Source of the DNA: Vicugna vicugna
Lineage: Eukaryota
DNA length: 64,000 nucleotides
Reading direction: 5' to 3'
NCBI GenBank assembly: GCA_013265495.1
Contig: MU058065.1
Location: forward strand, 248,001-312,000
Positions within the stretch are counted from its first letter, which is position 1; every line of letters begins with the position of its first letter. A program made the position numbers and the translations under genes. Below the pieces are notes generated by a model that saw only the letters and a program-made list of their open reading frames with translations, was not told where the DNA came from and searched no databases. This document shows, one piece after another, positions 1-11,511 of this stretch.

Positions 1-500
1 GGACTGGTATGAGATTTATCACAATGAATTGGCTTATGCAATTATGGGGACAGGCTCAGCAAGACTGGAGTCTGTGGGGCACAAGATCATGGGCATTCCA
101 GAACCCAGAAAGCATGGAGTGAAACTTGAAGTCTCTGAATTCAGAGGGGTGGCGAGTGGTCCAGACCCTCCTTTAAAGGGCTTCCAACTGTCTAAGCCAG
201 GTCTTCTGGGGCAGTCTCCTTACTGTTTATCTTAGAGTCAGCTGATTAGGGACCTTAATTTCATCTGCAATATCCTTTCACAGCAGCACTTAGGAAGTAA
301 GACTAGTGTTTGACTGAATCACTGGGAGAAGGTGTGTGTGTGTGCTGCCAAATGGCTTCCAACTCCCTCCCTTCTCTGACTCCCTGGAGAGGATCGCCTT
401 TGTAGTCCACTGTAACCAGAACACACCAGAAAGGGAATTCTCGGGACTGTAGTTCAGCCGAGTGAAGCTGAAAAAAAAAAAATCACAAAGCCACCCCAAC
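1..500 (-). mobile_element. ERVL-class LTR fragment (MLT2F-like, subfamily uncertain), truncated by window start
   Basis: Motifs 'gaattggcttatgcaattatgggg', 'ctttcacagcagcacttagg...agtgtttgactgaatcactggg' and 'aaagggaattctcgggactgtagttcagcc' resemble antisense ERVL LTR consensus. Confidence 0.65.
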
Positions 501-1061
501 GAGAAACCGAAGCCCACCACTGAAATGTATTTCTCTAGTCGTGTGTTCCTCTGGCATCTGAGCACACCTTCTGGTCACTGTGAGAGAAGCTTGAGCAAAC
601 TAAGAAAGTGACTGGTCACCGTGAATTTCTACCTGAGTGTCTGCTCTCAGGCTCCAAAGACAGAGCTTCTATGCACACCAGCTCTTGTGAATTGGGTTTC
701 TGGAAGATTCCCAGAGATAGTGCCCACATGGGGAGTGTTTGCTGATAGATGTTCTGGGTACATCATTTGTGGTTGAATGTGAGGGGCTTCACCATCTCGG
801 GCAGAAACAAAGCAAAGCAAAAGCAGCCAAATCAAATAAAAAGTGACAACACTGAAGCAAGATCAATGGTCATGACACTGTGACACAGGGGACACTAGGG
901 CTTTATCAGTTTAAGGTTCCTATTCTTCCCTTGATGACTAGGATTATTTGGTGATGCTGAAAAAAAAATCAAGGGATGACATGCCTGGGGATGGGCCATT
1001 TGCCTTCACCACGCATCAGGTATTTGTCTTTGCGCCTGGCACAGTATTCCACTAAGTAGAG

Positions 1062-1545
1062 CATTAGTCAGGATTTTCCTTGGAAACAGAAAAAAACATA
1101 TATACATTTCATACAATCATATCACATAATGTATGATTTACTATAAGGAATTGGCTCCTATGGTTATGGAGACTGGCAAGTCCCAAGATCTGTAGACAGC
1201 AACCTGGAGACCCAGGAAGGCCATGATCTAATTCCAAAGGCCAGCAGGCTTGAGACCCAGGAAGAGCTAATGTTTTAGTTTGAATCCCAAGTTAGGAAAA
1301 AAAAAAAGAAAAGCAAACATGTTCCAGCTCAAAGGAGGAATTTAGGGGACGATCAGCATTTTGCTCTACTCAAGCTTTCAACTGAGTGGATACGGCCCAC
1401 CCACATGAAGGAGGGCAATCTGCTTTACTGAATCCGTAATTTAAATGTGAAACTTATGCAAAACCACTCTCACAGAATAATGTCTGACCACACATCTGTG
1501 TACCCCGTGGCCTAGTCAATTTGACATATAGAATTAACCATCACA
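1062..1545 (-). mobile_element. MLT2 (ERVL) solo LTR, MLT2B/C-like
   Basis: 'ataaggaattggctcctatggttatggagactggcaagtcccaagatctg', 'ggagggcaatctgctttact', and the end 'ttgacatatagaattaaccatcaca' (reverse complement of the MLT2 start TGTGATGGTTAA). Confidence 0.85.
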
Positions 1546-1965
1546 GTAGTTTCAGTTTATACCAAGCATGAAAGGAAATCCCAGTTCCCTGAAATGCCTC
1601 TAATTTTCATTTCTCACGATCCCTTGGTTTTTCCTTTGGCTTTCTCAGTGCAGGACGTTCCAACTGTGCTTTCCTTCAGACTTCCACTTCCATTCCTTTT
1701 TGCCCAGAAACACAAAGTTGAGCTTTGCTGTGAACGTAATTACTTGAGGCAGCTGCCTCTGTCTGCTACTCATACTAAAGGGACTATCCCCCACCTCAGG
1801 AGTGCTAAGTGGTGGGAGGGGCTGCCACGAAGGAGCATCAGGCACCCTTGTTGCTGACCTCTGGTGGCTGCCGCACAGGGATGCTGTACTCAGCCCACGC
1901 TGACACTCACCCCTGCCCTGTTGGGTTTAGTGTATGACATTAAGTAGCATGTGTGGGAGAGGTTT

Positions 1966-2453
1966 TTGGCAGATTGCAAAAAGTGGCCACACTTTTTCAT
2001 GCTTGCAATTTGACTTTGAAGCTTCTCTCATCAAGGTTTATTTCCCCACTTCCTGAATCTAGGTTGGCCTAATGACTTGCTTTGGCAACAAAATGCAGTG
2101 GAGGCAATGGTGTGCTAGTTCTGAGCTTAGGCTCCAAGAGGTCTTGCACATTTCCACACTCTTTTGGCATCTTGGCGAGATAATTTATGAACGAGCCCAG
2201 GCTAGCCTGTTGGAGGACAAGAGATTGCATGGAATAAAGACAAGTCATTTCAACTGAGACCATCCTAGACTAGTCCACTTCAACTGGCCTAGTAAGCAAC
2301 CATAAATGCATTAATGAACCCAACTGAGACCCAGTTGATCACCAATTATGGCCCCAGTTACCAACCTGCAGAATTGTGAGCTAAATAAATGACTATTGTT
2401 TTGTGCCACTATGTTCTGGGGTAGTTTGTTACACAGTAAAAACTAACAGATAC
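1966..2453 (+). mobile_element. MaLR LTR, MLT1H-like
   Basis: 'tgacttgctttggcaacaaaatgcagtggagg', 'gcccaggctagcctg', and the 3' end 'aataaatgactattgttttgtgccactatgttctggggtagtttgttacacag...aacagataca'. Confidence 0.8.
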
Positions 2454-2649
2454 AGTTATCACTCTATACCTGGAGGGGAATTACTGATATAGAGCCCCTG
2501 AGCATTTTGTAACTCCCTGTTTTGGAGTAAAGAATGAATAGGATATTATTGCTGGTAAAATTAAAAGGTTTCTTCTACCTCGCATTTTTCTGATCTAGCA
2601 TAGCACCTAAACGCTCAAAACTAACATATGCACGTAGAATAGAGTTTGG

Positions 2650-3370
2650 TAGTTTGGTAGTTCGGTAGAATCTTCAGATTTTAGCATAGAAGCCTGAATG
2701 ACATGATACCAAACCTTGAATATCTATTTAAGAAGGCTTTCAATGGACCTCGTAGGGGTTTCAGAAGGCATGAGCCCTGGCTTCCTTCTTATTCTTGTTC
2801 AAGTAAACGCAGGTTTTAAGAGGCCAAGTGACCCACACAGGTGACAAGTACACTCATTTCCTATTGCATCCATAATCTCCCGCCGAATTTCCTCGACCTC
2901 AGTTGGGTCACAGATATGAAGAATTGCAGAGCTATTTCGTGGAAGGGAAAGAGCAATTTCAGAGGAGATTCATAGATTTTGATGACTATGAATCATACCT
3001 TAAGAATTTGTGGCTACCTTTGAAGTGCAAACCACAGGATGTGTCTGATTTACTGAGCATCTGTGCTATTTCTGTGGTTCAGCTTCCAAAAAACCTGACT
3101 GAGCTGAAAATGAACTGTGCCCACCAAGAAGACCATGGGTAAAAATGCTGAGTCTATTAACCAGAATTGTTCTGAATTTTCTGGCTACATGGCCAAAATC
3201 TTGCTCAAATTTGGGGTTTATTGGCTTGGTGTAAATGTCTTCTTTCATGAAACTCTTGGGATCAGAGCTGAGTCTCTTTTAGGGATGCAGATTGTGATTC
3301 AGAAGTGAGGTCTGCTCCAACTTGCTGCACTCCTGCGGTTCTCCAGAGTAGCTCAGTTTAAGGTTTCTTA
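2650..3370 (+). mobile_element. Decayed hAT-family DNA transposon, transposase C-terminal coding remnant
   Basis: Frameshifted translation gives 'YTHF', 'KEQFQRRFIDFD', 'QLPKNLTELK', 'AKILLKFG.YW', 'SFMKLL...DSEVRSAPTCCTP', in the order of the Charlie/GTF2IRD2-type transposase C-terminus. Confidence 0.65.
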
Positions 3371-3929
3371 TTGACGAGTTGATAAGACTGCCACCTGACC
3401 TACAAGAATGGAGTTTTGAATGTATTTGATGGAAAAATTTTTGTTTTTTTAGATTCCTTCATACTGAGTTTAGAGAAAGTGTCTCCCAGAGTGCCCTTTA
3501 ATTCTCAGCCTAATCCAGTTAGTGTACACATCTGGCAGATCTTTTAGTGTAACACAAAAGACTATTTTCATTTACTTCACCTGATTTGTTTAGTTGAAGA
3601 TCCCGGTGGACCAGATATGTAAATTTCTAGGAACTGTGTCTCAGTGGAAGCGAATAACAAATTTGTTGGAGAAATCTAGTGGCTTTGCCTCCCTGCTGAG
3701 TGTACATTTAAAAAATATTTTCTATTGTGATTGAAAAAAGATACTACTTTTCAACTGACAGATCACACCTATCCTTCATTAGAAACACCTTCCCTTTGGA
3801 AGTCTAGTTCTATTTTGGCAGAAGAGAGTCTCTGTGCCTTCCTAAGGGGTGACATTGTGCTTCCAGCTCAGACAAGCCCAGCTTTTCAGATTTCCCGTGA
3901 AAAAAATTAACCCAATGACAATCTGATTA

Positions 3930-3960
3930 GATGATGATGATGATGATGATGATGATAATG
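3930..3960 (+). repeat. (GAT)n microsatellite
   Basis: gatgatgatgatgatgatgatgatgataatg, at the tail of the adjacent MIR. Confidence 0.95.
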
Positions 3961-3964
3961 AGTA

Positions 3965-4185
3965 ATTACATTTATTGAGCACTGGGCAAGACACTAAGTA
4001 AAATTATCCATGTTAATCATCTTACAAAACCCTGTGAGGTAGGCACTGTTATTCCCCCCATTTTCAGATGAGGCAATTGAGGCACAGAGGAATCAAATGT
4101 CCAGGTGGTGTAGCTAGGAAATGGAAGAGATGGGGCCCGAATATAGTCTTGTTAGACTCAAAAACTCATAAGCATCTCAAAATAC
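3965..4185 (-). mobile_element. MIR SINE
   Basis: MIR core 'ccctgtgaggtaggcactgttattccccccattttcagatgaggcaattgaggcacagag'. Confidence 0.85.
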
Positions 4186-4289
4186 TGTATAGTATTAAAT
4201 CAGTTACTAAGAATTTCTTTTTAAAATCTCATCAAAACATGAACAGCTAGTGGCAGCTCTTTTGCACAGGCAGAGTGGATGCTTAAGAT

Positions 4290-4790
4290 TGTAGGGGTGG
4301 AAAAAGAATTTTCCCTCTACGCTTCTGAGTTCTTAGCTGAGACTCTGTAATAAAAGATAGATTAATAAGAGGAAAACAAACAAGTTTATTAACATGTCGA
4401 CCTTATGTATCCGTGAGTGATGCCTGGGGTAAAAATGAGTAACTCAAAGAGGTGGCTTAGAATTCAGGCTTAAATTATCATCTCAATGATTTTTTAGGAA
4501 AGTTGAATGGGCCCTTGGAAGAATAGATGAGAGGTATGATAGTTTGTGACTAAGTTTGTCTGAGTGTAGAGTCAACTTCTAGTCTCTCCTCATGTGGTAA
4601 GAGTCAATCCTCCTTGGTTGATGGAACTCCTGGGGGAGGAATTTGCAACGATTGAATTCCTTTTGGAGATAACATATATGGGGAGTTCAGAGACATTCTC
4701 TCCCTGCATGTGCTGTTTTCCAAGTGCCTACAGCTCAAAATCATCACTATACCAAAGTGGCAGACTTTGATGTGGCGTGCCCTATGAGCT
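4290..4790 (-). mobile_element. ERV1-class solo LTR (MER34/MER39-like)
   Basis: Starts 'tgtaggggtggaaaaagaattttccctctac', contains 'aagtttattaac' (antisense polyA signal), ends near 'aagtgcctacagctcaaaatcatcactataccaaagtggcagactttgatgtggc'. Confidence 0.7.
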
Positions 4791-4985
4791 TGTAAAACTT
4801 GATATCAACTTGTTTAACTTTTGGTTGAGGAACATTGGGCGTCTGGAGTACGGGGAATAATGTCAAGTTTATCATCTCTATTGGGTTATACCCTGAAGGA
4901 TTTTTAGACTTTAGATTCCATTCATGGCAGAATATTTTACCATAATTCTAAAGGTAGGGGAAAGAGAGAGTAAGAAAGAGGGTAC

Positions 4986-4988
<3 letters not shown>

Positions 4989-5024
<36 letters not shown>

Positions 5025-5026
5025 AG
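4989..5026 (+). repeat. (GA)n microsatellite
   Basis: About 15 GA units followed by 'agagag'. Confidence 0.95.
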
Positions 5027-5239
5027 TGCTGCTTTTACCACTATTAACCAACCACTGACCATCCCACATCCCTCCAGGTTTCTTTTCACGCATCCAGGAT
5101 ATGTCAGTGCAACTCTTAGTATTTTGGTTGCAGTGCCTGGAAAATGAAAGGTCATAACACCTTGTAAGGTGTGGTTTCATTATAATTAATTCCATACACA
5201 GCTGGTTTGATTTGAGCTCTACCAGCTATTTGTCCTTCC

Positions 5240-7100
5240 TGGGCAGCTACAATCGGCTGGCACGCAATTAGCCGAGTGCATGTTAGTCAACGTGAGAGGT
5301 TTGTGCGTCTACGTAATGAAAGGCTCACGACATCTAGGCATTTTCAGTCTCCTTAGAGCGACTGCACCGGGGTTCTGTAAGTTCCCTTGCAGAACTGACG
5401 TGCGGCTGGAGGGAAACGCAGGGCCAGGGCCTTTCCCAACCAAAACATGTCGGTGACATTTCCCTGTGTAAACATTGACTTTTTGGTTAGTGAGGAAATC
5501 CCCCGGTGCCTGATGAGGTAGGAGAAATGGATTCTGAAGATGCTCATCTCTGGAGCGTCCGCAGCGGTGCAGCCGGCCTGCAGCTGCCTCCGGAGCAGGA
5601 GGGAGCTCGGGCCCCTCGGATGACTCACTCCACGTCTGCCGGGTGGTTCACAGGGTCGCCAGCCGGAACAGGAAGGCCCTCATTGTGCTCAATTGTTTTC
5701 CTGAAAGCCTTTCTCGACAACAGCGAAAGGAAACATTACCGTTTGGCTTGGAGCCATCCGGGCCGCTTGGTCCTCGCAGTGCTTAGAATGTAAAAGCTGG
5801 GCCCGGCCAAGACCTGCGGAGACGCAGGGCTGCCGTGACTGCTGTCTGTGTTTCGGATTAAACGGCTGCCTTTCGCAGTAAACAATCCCGGGTGATTTAA
5901 GACAACGGGAACTCCCTTTCCTAGCAAAACCCCCGACCCAAGTCAGAACGTTTGTTCTACAAGCTGGTTTCACGGCCAGTAACCCCATGGGGGGCGGGGA
6001 GGGGCGCGGGGAGCCTTGACACCACCACCCACGGAGTCACTGGAATAAAATATGAAGGGCCAGCTACGCCCTTCTGGAGCTGATTGCTCCTGAGGGACTG
6101 GGCGGGTGGGGAAAGGGTGGCCTGGGGAGAAAGAGGAAGGAGGAGACCAGAAGGTTCCTTAATGTACAGGGGGCCTGGAATCAGGGCGCCCGGGGCGCTA
6201 CAGCCTCTGGGTGGAATTACAGTGAGGCCCGGAGGCTCATCCCCCTACTCGGGAAGACGCCGGCCTCGTTAGGGGTCTCCTGCCCTGCGGGGTCCCCCCT
6301 GGGCTCTTAACCATCTGCACATTCTCCCCCTTTGCACGACGGGGCCCAGGCCTGTTCCTATTCTGCCCTCCCCTGAGAAGGCGGCTCCTCTGGGCTCAGG
6401 GGCCAGACATGTGCTGCAGTTTGTGCAGAAAAGAGGGTCCGGGGTGAGGTGGAAAGAATGTTTCCCCCTCATCTCGGGATTGCTCCGGGTCCTGCAGCCC
6501 TCCCTGCGCTCACCGAGGGACAGCCTCCTTGCCTCTGCTTCTGGAACTTTCATCAGCGTCCACAGAGGCTCAAGCTGGAGGCCAGAGAGGCCTCCGGAGG
6601 GAGGGAGGGGTGGGAGCAGGAGGCCGGCTGCATTCCTCTGGCCTCGCTGCTCCTCGCTCCTTCCTTCTTTCAGGGTCTCCTGCACCTGCTCCTCTCACTC
6701 CCGAGGCCCGGACCGGTTCGCCTACCCATCACCTCGCATAAGGTGACCCAGGGTTTCCTGGTCCGTCTCTTCCGACACAACTGAAAGCTGAAATCAGTTG
6801 GGCCTCACTCAGAAAATCCACCTCGTTTCTTCCACATCCTCCAGGGGGTTCGTCTGTTTATATCAATACATACCCGGGACTGCGGGTTGCCAAAAACTTT
6901 CCCAGGCTCCCAAGAGTTTGGGCCACTAGATTAAGGAAAAGCCAACAGGTTCTTTGCTGTGGGACTTCTCTGACACATCACCACGCAGCCGCGTGCTGTG
7001 GCTTTGCCCAGAGCCTCGAATGTGCGGGGTTAACTTGTGCGTCTGTCTGGTTGAGGACTAACCTCTAGTTCCAAAGCAGGAATCGTGGGCAGGTGCTTTT
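5240..7100. promoter_or_regulatory. CpG-enriched, GC-rich regulatory region (weak CpG island; enhancer or promoter)
   Basis: Many intact CpGs against a CpG-poor background. TGACGT at 5396, TGTAAACA at 5467, TGACTCA at 5621, GTAAACAA at 5878, GC box GGGGCGGGG at 5991. Confidence 0.6.
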
Positions 7101-8169
7101 CCATCAACTCAGCGGGCCTTTCTCAGAGGATACAGGCTCACCACACAGAACGAAAACTACAACCCGCTTTGTGGCTTCCTCCAGCACCCCTAAATCCCCT
7201 GGGGGGAAGAGGAGGGTCCAAGCTCTGGAGACAGGAAGGCTTACAGCTTTCAGAGCCCTGAGCAGGGTAACACGTGCGCTGCTGGCAGGAGGAGGCATCA
7301 CCTTCTGCATTCAATGCACTTCCTGGGGAGTGGGGTGGGGGTGGGGACAGCTATTATAATGTCATGTTTCGGGCAGAGGGAGCAGCAATGGAACCTCAGG
7401 CTGCTCTCGAGAAAAGGCCAGAAGATGTATCCTTTTTGGTGGAACTAACTGGTAAAGTCAGGGCTCCCAGTGGAAGCAGCCAAGCTTGCACCAGCTCCCC
7501 CACACGTCCCACAGTGCTCTCAGGGACATCAAGGACCAAGCAAGCCAAGTCCCAGCAACAGCAAGACCCAAATCACACCCTTAAATTCAGCCATCACATT
7601 TGTATACACATCATACTATTGGTCTGTTTTAGCCGAATGGAACCGTCATGCTCATTTCTTGGGGCCAGAGTGAAAACTTCAGAACGGAGTAGTATTTACC
7701 TAGAAACCCCAATTCTGGGGGCCAGGGCTGAAGGGGGACTGTCTGGAAAACATGATCCATACACAATCCTGCTGATATTAGAACCACCTCCACTTACTTT
7801 TTTTTTTAAAGAAACATCTCCCATCAAAACCTCTTGGAAATAACATTTCATGGAACACAGTTAGGAAAATACTTGTCTACATAGATTCCAGCTTTCTTTG
7901 TTCTCTTTACAGAGACAAAAGAGGTCAGCAAAATGCCTGCATCAGAAATGGACATCCACCCATGTGGGAACATGACAGTTCAGCGTATAAGAAGCACCAG
8001 CGTCCAATTTCCTTCCCTGTTAAGTTCTAAGGCAATAAAGTGAAGGGAGGGAGGAGGGAGGGATGTCACAGAGATAGCCAGGTCACAGCTTGTGTAACCG
8101 GCAGATGACAATCGGTTTTCACCGAGAACAGAGAAGAAGGAAGCAGACGTGTTCTTTGAAAGAGAAAGA

Positions 8170-8400
8170 AGATAGTGATTTACTTTTGGACAGGCTTTAC
8201 AGACATTCACACAGAAATCTCCTCTAAGCAGGCAGATAGATATATGAGTCTGGAACTCAGAGACGTCTGGGCTGGAGGCATAACTTTGGGTCAACAGAGA
8301 ATTTAAGCCACGAGTGTGCATGAGATCATTGGAGACAGTTCAGTGTGAGCAGCAGAAGGGCCAGGGCTGGGTTCAGAGAGGAGGCTGGAAGGGAGACCAG
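8170..8400 (-). mobile_element. L2 LINE fragment
   Basis: 'aggcagatagatatatgagtctggaactcagagacgtctgggctggaggcataactttggg' matches the antisense L2 3' region. Confidence 0.7.
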
Positions 8401-8683
8401 GCAGGGAGGAACAGAAAGATAGGTTACCCCTGCTGTTAGCATTTGAGCAGGCAGATAGCTAGATATGAGCAGAGAAAGGGGGACACAGACCAAATGGCAG
8501 GAATTGGGCAGAAAGGAGGGGCACAGGCCAAATGCAGGGAACCACACATCATGTGAGCAGCAGGGGTCCTTGGGCAGAGAAAGAAAAGCAGGAACCTTGG
8601 GGCTGATAAGGGATCATGCCTTTTGGGATGACAAGTGGCCTGGAGAAGAACAAAGAAAGGTGAGAAAAGGCAGGAATTTCTAG

Positions 8684-9102
8684 TGTCCGAATGTAACCTT
8701 TTGTTTATTATGCCCTCATTTCAATAAAATTAGCCTTGCAGATTAGAAGTACCCATCATGCACCGACGCCATGACACTTCCGATCCAGACTGAATAAGGA
8801 CAAAAATCCCTCCTCCCATTGGGAAGGTGGAGCTGGGATGATAATCAGGGAATACGACCCCAAATCCTTCCCTCCCCAGTGAATATTCCGCCCATTCAGT
8901 TTTACACCCTATGTAACTAACTTGCCAAGGAAACTCAGGGCAGCCAGCCGCTCACCTGAGCCTGCCCGCTCTCCCCTGAGAGTGTACTATCCATCCTTTA
9001 ATAAATCCTCGCTTTACCTTTTTTTAACCGCCAAGTCTTGTCTCTGAATTCTTTCTGGGACGGGACAAGAACCTGGAACCCTGGTTGCATCTATTGGCAA
9101 CA
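8684..9102 (+). mobile_element. Lineage-specific ERV1-type solo LTR (419 bp)
   Basis: TG...CA termini (tgtccgaatg...ggcaaca), flanks ctag/ttag (4-bp TSD with one mismatch), AATAAA at 9000, U5-like 'tctctgaattctttctgggacgggacaagaacctgg', retained CpGs. Confidence 0.8.
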
Positions 9103-9329
9103 TTAGTTCTCTTCAGACGCACGCAAACCCGCCTGACTCAGGGTGCGGCTGAACAGGGTGGACTTCCACCAGCTAGTTAAATGGGGCCTGTTTTTCTCTG
9201 CAAATGTTACCTTTCATTTGTATGTATAGTATTTGAAGCAGTTTTTCAACAATTTTATCTTTAAAAATTTACGTTCATGTAATGAACCAGCGAGGAAGTC
9301 CTAGAAGGTATTGTGAACCTCCCCCCTCC

Positions 9330-9730
9330 TTTTTCTAGCTTTATTGAGATATGATTGACACATAAAATTGTAAGATAATTTGAAGTGTGCAACATATTGA
9401 TTATATATATACTTATATATACACACACATTGTGAAAGGATGCCCTTCATTGAGTTAATTAACACATCCATCACCTCTCATATTTTTTACCCCCTTTTCT
9501 TGTGTGTGTGAGAACAAGGAAGTTCTTAGAAAATTTCAGACGTACACTACCGTGTTATCAACTGTAGTCACCTGCTCTACATTAGATCTTCAGATCTTAC
9601 TCATCTTGTAATGCTAGTTTGTACCCTTTTATCAACCTCTCCCTGCCCCCTCCCGCCCAGCCCCAGCCCCCGGCAACCACTTTATGACTTTGGTGAGTCC
9701 ACATATAAGTGATACCACGAGGTGTTTGTA
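9330..9730 (-). mobile_element. L1 3' end (L1MA-like)
   Basis: 'agctttattgagatatgattgaca', 'agttaattaacacatccatcacctc', 'ccacatataagtgatacca'. Confidence 0.8.
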
Positions 9731-10534
9731 TGAGCCCCTTTTTAATGATAAAGAAGTTATCGTGAAAACTTCCCACCTATGGGAGAGAAAGGGCGATTAG
9801 GGTTCATCGTCATGTGACACTTGTGTCTTCCTAGCCCTTTATTTTCACTTCACTTTGGCTCATCACGTATGATTTGTAATCTTATAAATCTATCTGTCCA
9901 CGTTCCTACTGGATTGTAAGGTACTCGAGGTATGATCCTGAATTGTGTTTTACTCTTCCCTCCAGGCTCCCATTCCTCCATCCAGTACCTTGCTTTGTAA
10001 CTCCAAAATATTTGATAAATTGGGAGTGAATGGAATCCATAGCAGGACAAAACCTTCATGTTTTGAATGCTTTGAAGCTTTCCTCAGCAGCTCAGCAATT
10101 CCTCAGCGGCACCCCATAGGGGTGTCTGTTGTGATCAGTCTTAGAACAGCAAGAGAGATTCACATACATTCTGTAGGCGGGTCTTTGTAGCGAATTCAGC
10201 ATGACCCGTTCAACAAATACTTTTTGGATCAGTATGTATTTTTGCACAATCCCTTTTTGCTTTCTTTCCCTAGTGGTACACAGCTGCCTGGGAATTTGCT
10301 TTTAGAAATGTGGAGAAGCAGCCTTTTTTCATTTCTTTAGCGTTAAAAAAAAATACGTATAATTTTACGATTTTGCTTCTTGTTTCTATATTATGTCTTG
10401 TACAATTTTGAATTTATTTCCTCTGAGTTTAGACACCACTAGGATTCCTGATACTGGCCAGTTTCTGCCCTGCACTGTGGAAAATGAGGGCAGGTCATAC
10501 AGTACGGGGGAGGGAGAACATGAACTTTGTTTTC

Positions 10535-10715
10535 AGGACAGCTGGTGTGCATGGTGTGATCTTAGGCAACTCACTTAACCTTTCAACGTGTGTTGTCTTA
10601 TCTGCAAAAGAAATCCTTATTGCCTTTGTAGGGCTTGTAAAGAGAATTAAGTGAAATAAGACCTAAAGCTATCTCATACTGGCCCATACCATGTGCTTGA
10701 TAAATGTTTATTTTC
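10535..10715 (+). mobile_element. MIR SINE
   Basis: 'gtgtgatcttaggcaactcacttaacctttc...tctgcaaaa...agagaattaagtgaaataa'. Confidence 0.7.
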
Positions 10716-11511
10716 AATCCACTCTGTCTATTTTTAACTCTGACACTTATTTATTATGTAACTGAGAGAGCTCTTTCAACACTTAGGTGTAGTATCAGTC
10801 TACACTTGGCATTTACTTCTTCTTACGTTTTTCCCGTTAGCCGTGCTTTCTCACAAGAAGTTCTAAACCCCTTGGGAATAGAATGATATATTTTATTTTT
10901 TAGGTGTTTTTATGCCCAATCACCTAGGACATGCTCATCATCAAGTAGGTGGTCAGATACTTTTTAATTAGCTTTTCTTTATTTCAGCTTCATTTGTCAT
11001 GTGATAATAATGACAGTATTTTCCCTGGTGTAAGGAATTAATTAGAAATTAAAAAAACCCCATAAATCTCAGGTATTCATGATAGAGATGCAAGGTGGTG
11101 TTGCTGTTACTATTAATTTATTCCACGATTTCCCCAGTCAGAGGACACTCAGATCAAATACTCATGACTCTTTTCTCTCCGTGTGGCAGGATTCCCAGCC
11201 TCATCTGCAAATTGGCAAGCAATGAAGTTTATGCAGACAGGAGAGTTGGTTAGAAGTAAAGTGACTGTATGATTTGTTGTCCAAATGGGAACACATGTGA
11301 AGGTGACAAGGGGAGCTATTAGTGATTGTGGTAAACCAGGGCTGTCCAGGGCAAGCCATGCACACTCTGGCTATAGTAGTTGGGTCCCAAGTTTATCTCT
11401 GCCTTGTGACAGCCACCCCACACCAACCCCACTGATACTAGATACTGAAGCAATTATGTTAACTGAGTTTTGCATGCACTCTGCAGCATGTATTCAGCAT
11501 GTGCATATCTC

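Noticed and set aside
2645..2668. Short tandem repeats (tttggtag x3; also a 14-bp duplication at 23461-23491)
   Set aside because: Ordinary slippage duplications with no spacer structure; not CRISPR-like.
5945..5958. AGAACG-TT-TGTTCT resembling a glucocorticoid/androgen response element
   Set aside because: The spacer is 2 nt rather than the required 3 nt.
5353..6784. Many overlapping 60-138 aa ORFs on both strands
   Set aside because: Expected from stop-codon scarcity in GC-rich DNA; none is recognisable.
7274..7843. 189-aa ORF near the CpG-rich region
   Set aside because: Non-ATG start, runs through a G-tract and a T-run, and resembles no protein I know; most likely a chance ORF.
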